Shown piece after piece: positions 14,136-26,970 of a DNA stretch of 64,000 bases. The translations under genes and the position numbers were made by a program. The DNA is taken from the NCBI GenBank assembly GCA_965112155.1, contig OZ218112.1; one strand, written 5' to 3'. A model generated the notes under the pieces. It searched no databases. It worked only from the letters and a program-made list of their open reading frames with translations, and was not told the origin of the DNA. The stretch's first letter is position 1; each line of letters opens with the position of its first letter. Source of the stretch: Podarcis liolepis (lineage: Eukaryota).

Positions 14136-15369
14136 TATTTTAGTCTGTAACATGTTGAAGGTGCAGTGGTGCCATCAGACCAACACTTTGGGACAGAGAT
14201 CCAAGGTTTCACCCTCTAGAATGGGTAGGAGGGCTGTCAAATACAGCCATGCTGGCTTCCGGCAATTTGAAACAAGTGAAGTAATATGCATTGCCATCTA
14301 AAGCATTTTAAGGAGAGAGTCATTGAAAGAATGCACCCACCCCAGGGATGAAGCACAACTTTGGGACAGTTGACAGCAGTAGAGTTGAAAAAGTGAAAGT
14401 TCATGGGGCAGAGACGGTGACCTAATTTGTTTTTCCTAAAAAATAAAAAAAATAAAATCACATTTCCAGGCACGTGCAAAGTGCTAGTGGGGGAAAAAAA
14501 ATCTAGGATGAGGCAGATGTCGTGAAGGTGGGCGAGAGACAGAATTTGGCCTAAATAAATAATACGCTGCTGTGCATGTGAGCACATTCAGTACCTTTTA
14601 GCATTTCTAAGTAAAGAGACAGATGTCACTAGGAATGCAAGGGAGGAAGAGCAGATGTTTGCCATGGACCCATAAAAGCATTTTTCTCTTTGGTCTCTTT
14701 CTCTTTGAGTTTTGTGCAAATTTTGCTAATCTTATCATGTCGTATGGGTGGAAGTGTCCTCCATGCTATACTACCACACCCACAATATATTATTTAAGAT
14801 AACAGAAATCTAATATGTGGGAGAAATTCAAGTCATGGCACATTTTAAGGCAAATCTGTCTGACCTGCACTTTCTGAAACAGTACACAAGCCAACACGCA
14901 ACCACCCTCTGAAATTTGCTGTCCTCTCAATTTTGCAATGCTGTTCTTCAGGCAAGTAATGTGTACAGGAATCAGCACACTACAGTAAAATGTGGATGAA
15001 AATGCATATGTTAGTGAGAAAAGCATGCAAAAGTCCATTACATTAGGGTACACTGCTTTGCAGAAATGTGTGTATCGAGCGAAATTACGTACAAAATGGG
15101 TACATTAGAAGAAATTTCTGTTGAAATGCGGATGAATTGTCGTGTGGACATACTTGTGTGGAAATGTTGAGAACAGGATTTAAGGCTGGAAAAACAGCAA
15201 ACTCCAGTGAACTTTCAAACATTTTAAATAATGTTAATGTGCCCTTCATTGTCAAGGAGACAATCCCAGGGCAGGGTACATTTAAAGTGAAACAACAGCT
15301 TTGGGCATCTGGCAAGGAAAGCTAAAATATACACCTTTGCCATCATCTTCCATCAAGCAATCAAATCAG

Positions 15370-15405
15370 GTCCAGGCACTAATAGCTGTCCAGGCACTAA
15401 TAGCT
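15370..15405. repeat. 18-bp perfect tandem duplication
   Basis: gtccaggcactaatagct x2. Confidence 0.9.
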
Positions 15406-18403
15406 AGAAAAAAAGCTGGACAAATAACTTCAGCTGGCACAGAAAGCTCATAGGAATTGGTGCAACCCATATCTCAGAAAGGTGGAGATTCGAGGGCTGG
15501 GGTGCCACCACTGAAAGTGCCCTGCATAAATGTTTAGCACAAGGGTGGGAACCTTCCCAGCCCTTTCCAGGCCACAGTCCTCCCCAGCCTTGCTTCTCAC
15601 CTCCTGTGAGTGCTTTTTGCTTTGCTGGAATGTATCCTTGACTGTGTCTCTTGACTGCCTGTATGGAGAATAAGGAGGCAGAGAGGAAACTAGCCTACTG
15701 TACAGGAGTAACAATAACATTTGTTCTGCCCACATTTGACTCTGGCCCCACCCACCACTGGCATGTGGCCCCTGGAGGGTTGCCCAGATGGAAATGTGTC
15801 CCTTGGACTGAAAAATATAATATTACCCTGGTTTAGAAGGTAGTATTAGCAGCAGCATGCTAACTGCACCAAACTTCTGTTTGTGATCTGTGCTCTGTAC
15901 AGATTGTGATTCTCTTCACTTCAATTATGTCACCTTAAACATGTTGCTAACTAAACAGAAAGTTTAGAAGGGCAAAATGATCTTGCCACATCTAAGCAAA
16001 ACAAGGCCTGGGCTAATGTCATAGCTTGGTGGCAGTGTATGTATGTGTGTGCGCGCACACACACTGGATGAACTGCATTATAGAGCTACAAAGGCTTCTT
16101 GCAATATTGGCTTGATTACATTCTTGAGAGAACTGATTGCCTTCTGATTGCATTCTTCCTGATTGCTTTCCTTGCTGTTAATAATCAGGGACATCCTTTC
16201 TCCTCCTATTCAAAGGAAACAGTGGGAAACCTGTGACCGTGCAGATTTTCTTTACTCCTCCCAACTTCACTGACTACTGGAAATGCTGGGAGCTGAAATC
16301 CAGCAGCATCTAAGGTGCCACAGGGAGTGCCTACTTTGCCTTGCAATTCTGGGTGTCCAGGGCTGTGGATGCCATGCAGCATGCATGGCCCTAGCAGGCC
16401 TATGCCAGAGTGCCAGTCTTGTTCTGGAGCCTTTTGTTCAATGATGTAGGCAGCACAATCTTTTAAAATAAAATAAAATGAATATTATAAATATTTATCT
16501 TGCCCTCCTCCTCTGAATTCCAGTCCTGGAAATTCCAGTCCAGTCCTGGGAAAAGGCTACTTCTGGAACAACCAGTATATAATTAGAGATTATATTTCAC
16601 TTGCCCCTCATAAGTACTGTATAGAAGTTATTCAGGCTGTGTTTAACTCACCTCCCCCAACTGAGGCTGGCTACTTATTGTGGATCAAGTGTGGGAGGAA
16701 ATGGCTTGGGGATATTCACAGAAGTTGTGTCTATGTATGTGAAGTATTCAGTCCTTCATCTATTCTCCACCCCCATCCCCACACCCTATACTGCCCACCC
16801 ACTTGCTGTCTCAGCAAACATAATTTTGGGAGGGCTCTTATGTTGTGGGAGCTGTAGTCTTAAATCCTGCTCAAGTTCTATCTGTCTGCTCCAGTTTTCC
16901 CGGGTCTGATCCTACCGGCCAGTACTTACTGTGCAATACCAGTCCAACAATGTCCAAATATAAGTTTTGCAGTATCCAGTGTCTCTTCCTTGCTGTTGAT
17001 GGGACCTAAGGAGGCTAGAATATAACTGAATCTATCATTCCTTACAATCAGAATGAATTCAATTCAGTCTCTTTCACAATCGCTTTTTAAAAATGATGCT
17101 CAGTTGTGTTCGTTGTTTCCAATGCCATTGTTGTCCAAGGTAAGGTTTGTACTGAGTGATAACAACACTGACTGTGGAAGCATGGATTTGTTCATGGAGA
17201 TGAAAAAGTTGACAATAGCTGTAACAAAACCCACTCTCTTTCTGTTCTTTGAACTGCTACTTCTTGGAAAATGAGGTCTCTTATCACTCCTCATTTTTGA
17301 AGAGTCACTTTACTTAATCTGTTGAATCCGCCTGTGAAACTGTATTATCCTACTTTGCCAAGCATGGGTACTTGAAGGATGCCAAGGATGCATCAATAAT
17401 AAAACTGTCCAACCAGCTTGTAATTCTGTTTGGGGCAAAATAACCTCTATATATTTGTCAAGTTCAAAGAGGTAAAGGTAAGCTCGAATTTGTCATTTGG
17501 GCCATCTGTATGGAATACCTTTTTGCACTAAAAGGAAGACTGGTTTTATTGCAGTATTATTTTTCATGTACTTATCAACACTTCTGCTCTGAAAAGTAAG
17601 TCATCCACTTATCCCAAATACAAGGTCACTCCCTTTAGTAGCAAAGTCCATTGTGAAGTGCCAATAAAATTACATGCAAAGTGGAGCCACCCAAAAACAA
17701 AGAGGAAATATCAGCATACTTCAAACAGCATAAAAATGTTTGTTTGTTTTTTGGCAGGGGTGGGGAACAGATACAGAACTGACTCTATGCAGAGCAGAGC
17801 CTCTCACCTATCAATCACAAGACATCCTATGATGTCAGGTGTCAGAATTCAAAAGAAGAATTGGGAGTATACGCAACACATTCCTGATTCCGCCTTTGCT
17901 GCCCTGGACTGAATTCAGGCTACAGCTGACAATATTCCTGGTGAAAGCAGATCTTGCTTTCAGCAAATTCAGCTCTGATTGCAAGCCTTGGCTCCACCCT
18001 TTCTGGGAGCTCTGATCAGGAACTCCCAAGTGGATGTGATGCAAGTGGGTTTTGCAATCTGTGCTGAATTTAAATCAATCCTAATCCTTGCACCACGTGT
18101 TCCCCTCCTGTGCCCTAGATCGTGAAGCCCACTTGAAAGCAGAAGGCCCAGAAAACTCTTTCCAGTTGATCTTTCCAGAAGTTCCCCAAGGGTGTTGCCA
18201 CACCATGCTAAGCTCTATCCTTCCATCCTGTAACTCAAGTTGGTGTACTTAGATTTTTCCCAATGTCCTGTGAAGTAACATAAGGTGATAGAGAATGACT
18301 GAATGAACAGAGATATGAACTGTAGTCCAAGACCAACTATCTACTGACTACATTATAGTTGCTTGCATACCTCTCTGATCACAGTAGCAATTTGGGTTCA
18401 GTG

Positions 18404-18407
<4 letters not shown>

Positions 18408-18450
<43 letters not shown>
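18408..18450. repeat. (AG)n microsatellite
   Basis: Direct reading. Confidence 0.95.
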
Positions 18451-18453
<3 letters not shown>

Positions 18454-21044
18454 TCCTAAGGCCAACCACTGAACATCTTGTCTGAACTGGGATTTGAATC
18501 CTGCTCTGCGCATGTCCGCCCAAGCCATCAGATTTTGACCTCTGCCTCTTCTGAAAATGCAAAATGCATTTTGAAAGCAGCAATGACTCCTTCTCTGTGC
18601 AATCAAATACTCATTGTTCAGTTTCCCTCCCTGTTTCTGGTGTGCGCATTACTCAGCAGTGCACCAGACATCTCTTTTGTTATGTGTCAATTAACTGAGC
18701 TCGATAAATACTGATTATGCATAATTTACATTGAGAAATCTTTTTCTTTTCCTGTGAATGTGTTTGGTTTTTGGTTTTTTGGTTTTGAATTGTCCTGTGT
18801 TATTATGTTGAAGAAGAAGAAGGGCCCTTTTGAGGGCTAAAATTGATACAGCATCTGGATCATCCCCCCTGCACCTTTGGAAAGACTCATGGGTCAATTC
18901 CCACAAAAGACTGAACCTTTGTCCTCCACTAGGGATAGACATGCAATCACAAATATTGCTTCTTGTGTCTTTTTTCCCTTCCCCCCCCCCCTTTCCCTTC
19001 TTTTCTTTCTGGTCTTTTCTGGACTAAATGTGTGAGGGGGTTATTTTTGATATACATTGTTAGAGCCTGCAGATTTGACAGATTTCTTCCGATTCTAGTG
19101 CAGAGCTGGGGAACCCGTTGCCCTCTTGATGTTGCTGGACTACAGGTCCCTTCACCCCTGATTGTTAGTCATGCCGGCTGTGGGCGATGGGAGCTGAGAG
19201 TCCAAGGTTACATCAAACACCATACATGTGCACATTTATACCACAGTTATTGTTTTCCCTCAAAGAATCCTGAGGACTGTAGTTTAGCCCTTCACAGAAC
19301 TATAATTATCAGCATCCATAACATCCCAGGATTCTTTGGGGACCCAACAGCATCAGAAAAGCCACAGGTTCTCTCCTCCCACCCTGCTCTCATAGATGCT
19401 TAGTGTGGAAGAACAATATTACAAAATTATTATTGCTGGCAGTATCTGTTGGGAAAATAACCAGGGATTGTAAGAGCTGGTCAGCTGACCAACAGAAATT
19501 AATTGCCCTAAGTTAACCATGTCAATTGATTTCAGTGGGTCTAATCTGGGTAGGACTAGCTTTGACTACAACTCCTAGATTACTGGTCCTTCTCCTTGTT
19601 CAATGACTTCATGATGAAATAACACACTTTTTTCCTTTCATAAGAGGTCTTAATTTCTGTTCATCAGCAAAGAAGCCATTAAGCAAGGTTGCATTTCATA
19701 AACTAGAGCCCAACAGCTGCTTTGGAGCTGTGAAGTTAAATGATAGCTCCCTCTGGAAATGGCCCCTTGCAATAGATATTCCAGAATTGATCCATGAATG
19801 CGACACACAGCATTCTTCTAAGTATTCTTTTAATGGATATAAGCCTACAGTTGTATATTAGTCTAGCAGGTGCCTTACACTGCCAATTGATTTTATTTTC
19901 TTTCTCATTTTTTCCTTCCCTTATGCTATAAAATTCTTGTTTAACTGTTTGCTTATTATTTAAAGTATTGATCCAGCATATGGTGTACAATGCAGTTGGG
20001 GCAACAACAAAAATAATAATACATCCAAGAGGGAGGGAAACAAGCAATAGGCAGCATTTGACCTGTCAGAAATTTTGTCTGGCCTAGTGGAACAAAACTA
20101 GGAGAATTTCAGCTCCCCCCCCCTTTTTCCATTTGAGAAAAACAAACAAATGAATGAATAGTATAAAACTCTCAGAACACTTTTTCTGAGATAATTTCTG
20201 TGACTTCCCTTTTATGCACTCATACCCACACACACACCCAGAAAAAGAAAGGTGCTTTGTACAACTGTCCCTGAGGCCTTTTCTTAAATATACATTTAAA
20301 ACAGTTAAATGTTTCCCAGCTCTACTTGAAGATGTTGGGGATTGAACCTTGGACCCTCTGCGTGCAAGGCAGATTCTCTGCCATTGGGCTATGGCCCTTC
20401 CCCCAAACCCACCACAATATCCACCCAATGGTGACCAGACACTGAAATCTGCTGCTGCCAGGCTCCAGTTTGGGCTGACACTTGTCTTCAACATATTGAG
20501 CTAGCTTTGTGTGTTGGGGAAGACATTAACCTGCATACTGTCCTCTCTCCTTAAAAAACAAAACAAAATTTAAAAAACACACACCAATTGCCCGGTTGTC
20601 CTCATTTTTAAGACCTTGGGAATTAATGAAACCTGCTTGCTGGCTTGACAGCAAGGAAGTTTTACTTGAACGGAATGGAAAATTAGGTGTCGCTGTGCAA
20701 CCCCTGGCTCCAGCTTTTTGGCACAATCTGGCCTAGCTGCAACGGAGCTATTAAAACCCTAATCAGCTTGCCTGCTTACCTGAAATTTGGCCGAGTTCCT
20801 AATTGCAAGCCCTTCTAATTACCACAATACCCAGCAAAATAACAAGGATAACTCTCAGTGGTTAGCATTTAAGCATAAATTCCTGAGATAAAAACTTTAG
20901 TTCGTGTTGCAACATCCCACAAAAACTACTATTAATAGCATGGTGGGTTCTTGTATCTTCTGTTGCTTTTTAATCCACCCTGATCCTTAAACCTCCATTT
21001 TAGATTTTGGCAAAACTCCCAGGGGCAGTGGAGGCCAGTTTATT

Positions 21045-21205
21045 AGGTTGTAGCTCAAGGTCCAGGTTCAAGCCCCATCATCTCCAGGTAGGGCTGGGAA
21101 TGCCCCTCCTCTGAAATTCTGGAGAGACACTGCCAGTCACTGTAGACAACACTGAGCTAGATGGAGCAATGGTCTGATTCAGGATAAGACAGCATCTTTT
21201 GTTCT
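21045..21205 (+). mobile_element. tRNA-derived SINE, representative of many decayed copies (e.g. ~20290-20400, 35020-35190, 46550-46690, 52770-52900, 60140-60440)
   Basis: B-box-like ggttcaagccc followed by the recurring body ctgccagtca.tgtagacaa.actgagctagatgg. Confidence 0.65.
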
Positions 21206-23107
21206 AACACAACCTCACCTGCTCTGCTTTTTTACTTACAGACAGTCAAGAGGGTCACATTGCCTGTCAGCTTCCTCTTTCTCAGTCTCAGTGTCAGCCT
21301 TGTAAAATTCACCATGGAGAAGGATGGAGACAAATGTAGAATGAGTTGCCCCTACCTGTCATGGCTTCTGGTACCACCTACTGGTGGCGTCTTTGCCTTT
21401 CACCCAACGGGCACTAGCCGCTGCTAGACACAAATTGCCCTCATATCCAGTGAAGACAATTTGTTAAATATTCCTTTGACAAGGAATGTCCTGCTAAAAT
21501 GCTGAACTCTGCATGGTTGTTTTTTTAAAGAATAGAATAAGTAATGTGGGCTGTTGGTTTTGTTTTGTTTTTTGAAAAAACCAAAGAGAATAGGTTTGTG
21601 AGCTCAAGGCAAAAATGATGCTTCCCTTATTTTTATATTAAATCTGACAGTAAGCTAGAGCAAAGGTGATATTCTGCATGTTTTCACATATTGAAAATAA
21701 CACTCTGCAAATAGAAAACTTAGCATGTTAAGGAAAAGGATTCTCTCTCCCGCCCCACCCCACCCCTCAGCATGTCCATTTTCCATTTACAGGTTAATAT
21801 GGGGAAATAATCAGACATATGGTAGGTACCTCACCTTGGTCTGGGATATAAACTTGACAATGCTGTGCATGTCTACTCAGAAGTAAGCCCCTTTGTGTTC
21901 AGTGGACTTGCTTTCACATAAATGTATTGGTGCTTCCATATCAGGTTCAGTTTAAGAACACAATAAAAAATCTCTTGTTCTCACCATGGCTAACCTGATG
22001 CTTATGAGAAGCAAACAATTAGGATGTGACTGCAAGAACACTCTCCCCACTTGTGATTCTCGCAGCTGGAGGTAAAACATGGCTACTGAAGCTAATAGCC
22101 TCCTTGAATAGGTAATTGCAAATAAGTCATTGAGATATTGCAGGTACATTGTTGACCACAGAGGTTTGTTTGTTTGTGTACTTACATTCTCCAGAGGAAA
22201 GATAAATCCAGACTAAACAGAGAAAGGAATATGGGCAGGCATTCTGATTCCATTGAAGTTGTATGGATGCTGCAAAAAAACCCCACCAACTATCATCAAA
22301 AAAGCTTCCCCAATAAACACTCGCCTGGCAGTGTCCTATAGAGGATTGCTGCTTTCATGCCCGTTTTTCAGTTGCTATGAATGATCTAAGGCAGTGGTCC
22401 TATCCCCACATATATGGGAGTAAGCCCCATTGTTCTTGTTTGTGAAACTTGATTGACTAAACATGCAAGGAAATGCTCTGCATCGATGCATGTGCGGTGT
22501 TCAAAGGTGTGGGCCAGAGTATTAAAAATCCAGGCATGACTCTACAGACAATTAAAATATATTGAGGAGTTCTGCCTGTGACCTGTCTTGAACTGGCAGG
22601 AAATCGCTTGTTGTCATGGTATGAGTTCAAGAAAATGCAGCTTCTCACTTTCAGAATGACCAACCAATTAGCAAAGAGTGACCAAAGAGTCCAGCTGGTC
22701 ATTAGAACAACTTGAAACTAACAGTTTGAACCAGAGTTTGCTTATTTCCTCCCTTACCTCCCACCCAAAGCATCTCCCTTTTGTGTCATGTATTTTTGAA
22801 ATTGTAAGTGCTCTCACACACACGCCCTCTCACTCTCTCTCTTTAGTGATTTGGGATCTGCTCTGGGAACGTTTCCTGTCTGAAGTGTGGGATAATTTAT
22901 TGTTTTAATGAATACCTTTTCTGTTTCCAACCTCTGTTTCATGAATGTCTAGCCATGTTGTTGTTGGTTCATCTATGCAGCTTTTAATTTCCATAAGGAG
23001 AGATGCCGAAATGATCTGCCTGGAAACTTTATCAGTAAGAAAAACACCACCACTCTCTTCCAATCCCTCATATCTGTGACTTTATACTTACTTGGGTCCA
23101 TGTAGGT

Positions 23108-23433
23108 CAGCGGTAGGCAACCTAAGGCCCGTGGGCTGGATGTGGCCCAGTTGCCTTCTCAATCCGGCCCACGGACGGTCCGGGAATCAGCGTGTTTTTA
23201 CATGAGTAGAATTTGTCCTTTTATTTAAAATGCATCTCTGGGTTATTTGTGGGGCCTGCCAGGTGTTTTTACATGAGTAGAATGTGTGCTTTTATTTAAA
23301 ATGCATCTCTGGGTTATTTGTGGGGCATAGGAATTCATTCATTTTTATTTTCCCCCCAAAATATAGTCTGGCCCACCACATGGTCTGAGAGACAGTGGAC
23401 CAGCCCACAGTTGAAAAAGGTTGCTGACCCCTG
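23108..23433. mobile_element. Non-autonomous hAT element (MITE) with an internal ~72-bp tandem duplication
   Basis: TIRs CAGCGGTAGGCAACCT / AGGTTGCTGACCCCTG; 8-bp TSD ATGTAGGT (23100-07) vs ATCTAGGT (26828-35, displaced by the L2). Confidence 0.8.
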
Positions 23434-23436
23434 ATC

Positions 23437-23438
<2 letters not shown>

Positions 23439-23484
<46 letters not shown>

Positions 23485-26400
23485 TCGTTATTTGTACCCC
23501 GCCCATCTGGCCAGGCTTCCCCAGCCACTCTGGGCGGCTTCCATAGTTCCATAGAAACCAAAAATACACTAAAATATCACACATTAAAAACTTCCCTGAA
23601 CACTCTGGGCTGCCTTAAGATGTCTTCTGAATGTCAGGTAGTTATTTATCGCTTTGACATCTGATGGGAGGGCGTTCCACAGGGCGGGCGCCACTACCAA
23701 GAAGGCCCTCTGCCTGGTTCCCTGTAGCTTTACTTCTCACAATGAGGGAACGGCCAGAAGGCCCTTGGCGCTGGACCTCAGCATCCGGGCAGAACGATGG
23801 GGGTGGAGACGCTCGTTCAGGTATACTGGGCTGAGGCCATTTAGGGCTTTAAAGGTCAACACCAGCACTTTGAATTGTGCTCGGAAACGTACTGGGAGCC
23901 AATGTAGGTCTTTCAAGACCGGTGTTATGTGGTCTTGGCGGCCGCCCCCAGTCACCAGTCTAGCTGCCGCATTCTGGATTAGTTGTAGTTTCCGAGTCAC
24001 CTTCAAAGGTAGCCCCACGTAGAGCACATTGCAGTAGTCCAAGCGGGAGATAACTAGAGCATGCACCACTCTGGCGAGACAGTCCACGAGCAGGTAGGGT
24101 CTCAGCCTGCGTACCAGGTGGAGTTGGTAGACAGCTGCCATGGATACAGAATTGACCTGCGCCTCCATGGACAGTTGTGAGTCCAAAATGACTCCCAGGC
24201 TGCGCACCTGGTCCTTCAGGGGCACAGTTACCCTATTCAGGACCAGGGAGTCCTCCACACCAGCCCGCCCCCTGTCCCCCAAAAACAGTACTTCTGTCTT
24301 GTCAGGATTCAACCTCAATCCATTAGCTGCCATCCATCCTCCAACCGCCTCCAGGCACTCACACAGAACCTTCACCACCTTCACTAGTTCTGATTTGAAA
24401 GAGAGGTAGAACTGCATATTGATGGACACCCAGTGCAACCCCCCTGATTATCTCTCCCAGCGGCTTCATGTAAATGTTAAAAAGCATGGGGGAGAGGACG
24501 GAACCCTGAGGCACCCCACAAGTGAGGGCCCAGGGGTCTGAACACTCATCCCCCACCACCACTTTCTGAACACGGCCCAGGAGGAAGGAGCGAAACCACT
24601 GTATAACAGTGCCCCCAGCCCCTCTAGACGGTCCAGAAGGATGTTATGGTTGATTGTATCAAAGGCCGGTGAGAGATCCAGCAGAACTAGGAAACAACTC
24701 TCACCTTTGTCCCTAGCTCGCCAGAGATCATCAGCCACCATGACCAAGGCAGTTTCAGTCCCATGATGAGGCCTGAATCCTGATTGGAAGGGATCCAAAT
24801 GGTCCGCATCCTCCAGGCGTGCCTGGAGTTGTTCAACAACCACGCGCTCAATCAACTTGCCCAAGAATGGAATATTTGAGACTGGGTGATAGTTGGCTAT
24901 ACTGGCCGGGTCTAAAGATGTTTTTTTAAGAAGCAGTTTAATGACCACCTCTTTCAGCGGATCTGGGAATGTTCCCTCACAGAGGGAAGCATTCACCACC
25001 CCGCAGAGCCCATCACCCAGCCTTTCCCGGCTTGCTTTTATTAGGCAGGATGGGCAAGGATCAAGGAGACAGGTGGTTGGTTTCACACGTCCAAGCAGCC
25101 TGTCCACATCCTCGGGGGTAACGGATTGAAATTGATTCCATACAACTTGACCAGACAGAGCTGTAGCATCTCCCACCCCAGTCCTGCTCCCACTGTGGTG
25201 TCTAGCTCCTTCAGAATATGAGTGATTTTATTTGCAAAAAACTTTGCAAAATTGTTGCAGGAGATCTTGGGGTCTTTACAAGGCCCCGGTGGTAAAGGTG
25301 GTTCCGTTAAATTGCGAACCACCTGAAAGAGTCTCCTGCTACTATTTTCTGCAGATGCAATAGAAGCGGTGAAGAAAGTCTTCTTTGCAGTCGCTATCGC
25401 CACTTGGTAGGCTCGACGTTGAGCTCTAACCTGTCTCCGGTCAGATTTGGAGTGAGTTTTCTGCCACCGGTGCTCTAGCCATCTCAGCGATTGTTTCATC
25501 ACCCTCAGCTCCGAAGAAAACCACAGGGGTGTCCGGGCTCCATGCAATCGGAGAGGGCGCTTCGGAGCCAGACAGTCGATAGCCCTGGTTAACTCCGCAT
25601 TCCAGCGGGCCACCAGGGAATCAGCTGAAAGGCCATCAACATGGGATAGAGCATCCCCTACCACTCTCTGGAAACCATTTGGATCTATTAAGTGGCGGGG
25701 GCGGACCATCCAAATTGGTCCCACCTCCCTGCAGAGGGGAAGGGTTGTGGAGAAGTCCAGTTGCACCAGGAAGTGATCTGACCATGGCACTTCTTTTGTT
25801 TCACTTTTACTTAGTGTCAGATCACCCACGTCACTAGAGGTGAACACCAGGTCTAAGGCATGTCCATGACTATGAGTTGGGCCAAACTTATTCAGGGAAA
25901 GCCCCATGGAGGCCATGCTTTCCATGAAGTCCCGAGCAGCCCCTTGTAATGTCATGTCGGCATGGATGTTAAAATCCCCTAGGACAACCAAACTAGGTGT
26001 CTCCAGGAGAAAATCCGCCATGACCTGAAGCAGCTCGGACAGGGAATCCTTGGTGCAGCGGGGAGGTCGGTACACCAAAAGGAATCTTGTACTGCCCCTA
26101 TTGCCCAACTTCCAGAACATGCACTGGATCTTCCCAGTAGGACGCCTGGTGCAAGCTAGTGACTTCCTAAAAATCACTGCAACCCCCCCCCCTCCCAGAC
26201 CACATGACCTGGGTTGCTGTGCATAAGAGAAACCTGGTGGGCAAGCAGCGGCAAGGACAGGCCCGTCTGCTTCCTCCAACCAGGTCTCTGTCACACATGC
26301 CAGGACAAATCCTCCATCCACAATCAGGTCGTGGATGGCAGTGGTCTTGTGAATCATTGACCTGGCATTACACAGCAACACCTTCAGGTCATGTGGGTTT

Positions 26401-26825
26401 CCCCTGTTGATTCCAGTATCCATCTGGTCAAGGCCAAACCCGGAGGCAGGGATAGTCTTCAAACAACGACTAAACCTGCCTCCTCGGTAATGACATGGTC
26501 TGGTCTTAGCGTAACTCCGCCTCCTGCCCATGATCACCGAGATCGGATGTCCCAGTGCTTCCCCCCCATGGAACTTGTCCCGGCCATCGTGTTGGCTGGG
26601 GCCCCACTCCCAGGCAGCCCTGATCCCACCCCTTAAAAACAAAACACAAACTATACAAAACCAATAAAACAACAACAACAAAAAAGGAACAGAACAATTA
26701 AACTAAAATTAATCCCCAACCAAATATCCATCCCACCCACCCACCCCCAACAAAGGAAAAAGGGGGAAAAAGAAATAAAAATTTAAATTGCCACCGACTG
26801 CTTGAGGACATTTTAAAGCACATAT
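23439..26825 (-). mobile_element. L2-clade LINE, ~3.4 kb, ORF2 (APE endonuclease + RT) disrupted by frameshifts
   Basis: ORF pieces 25083-26681, 24466-25176, 24359-24562 and 23737-24438 carry LLCNARS, CVTETWL, VLGDFNIH, LDLVF, WSDH, DPFQSGFRPHHGTETAL, LLDLSPAFDT, GVPQGSVLSP and LHWLPVRFRAQFK; (TTA)n tail at 23439-23483; candidate 7-bp TSD TGATCTA at 23432-23438 and 26826-26832. Confidence 0.92.
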
Positions 26826-26835
26826 TGATCTAGGT

Positions 26836-26970
26836 CAATATTGTCTGCACTTTTTAGCAGCAGCTCTCCAGGGTCATGGGGGATGTATCCAGCCCTACTA
26901 GGAGATGCTTGGGTTTGAACCCAGGACCTGCAAGCCAGACTAGTGTTCTAGCACTGAGCCACAGCCCTTT
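26836..26970 (-). mobile_element. tRNA-derived SINE remnant, host of the hAT and L2 insertions; continues at about 23085-23107
   Basis: Joining ggtccatgtaggt to caatattgtctgcac... restores the SINE body seen in the opposite orientation at 21130-21180; B-box-like gggtttgaaccc near 26911. Confidence 0.6.
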
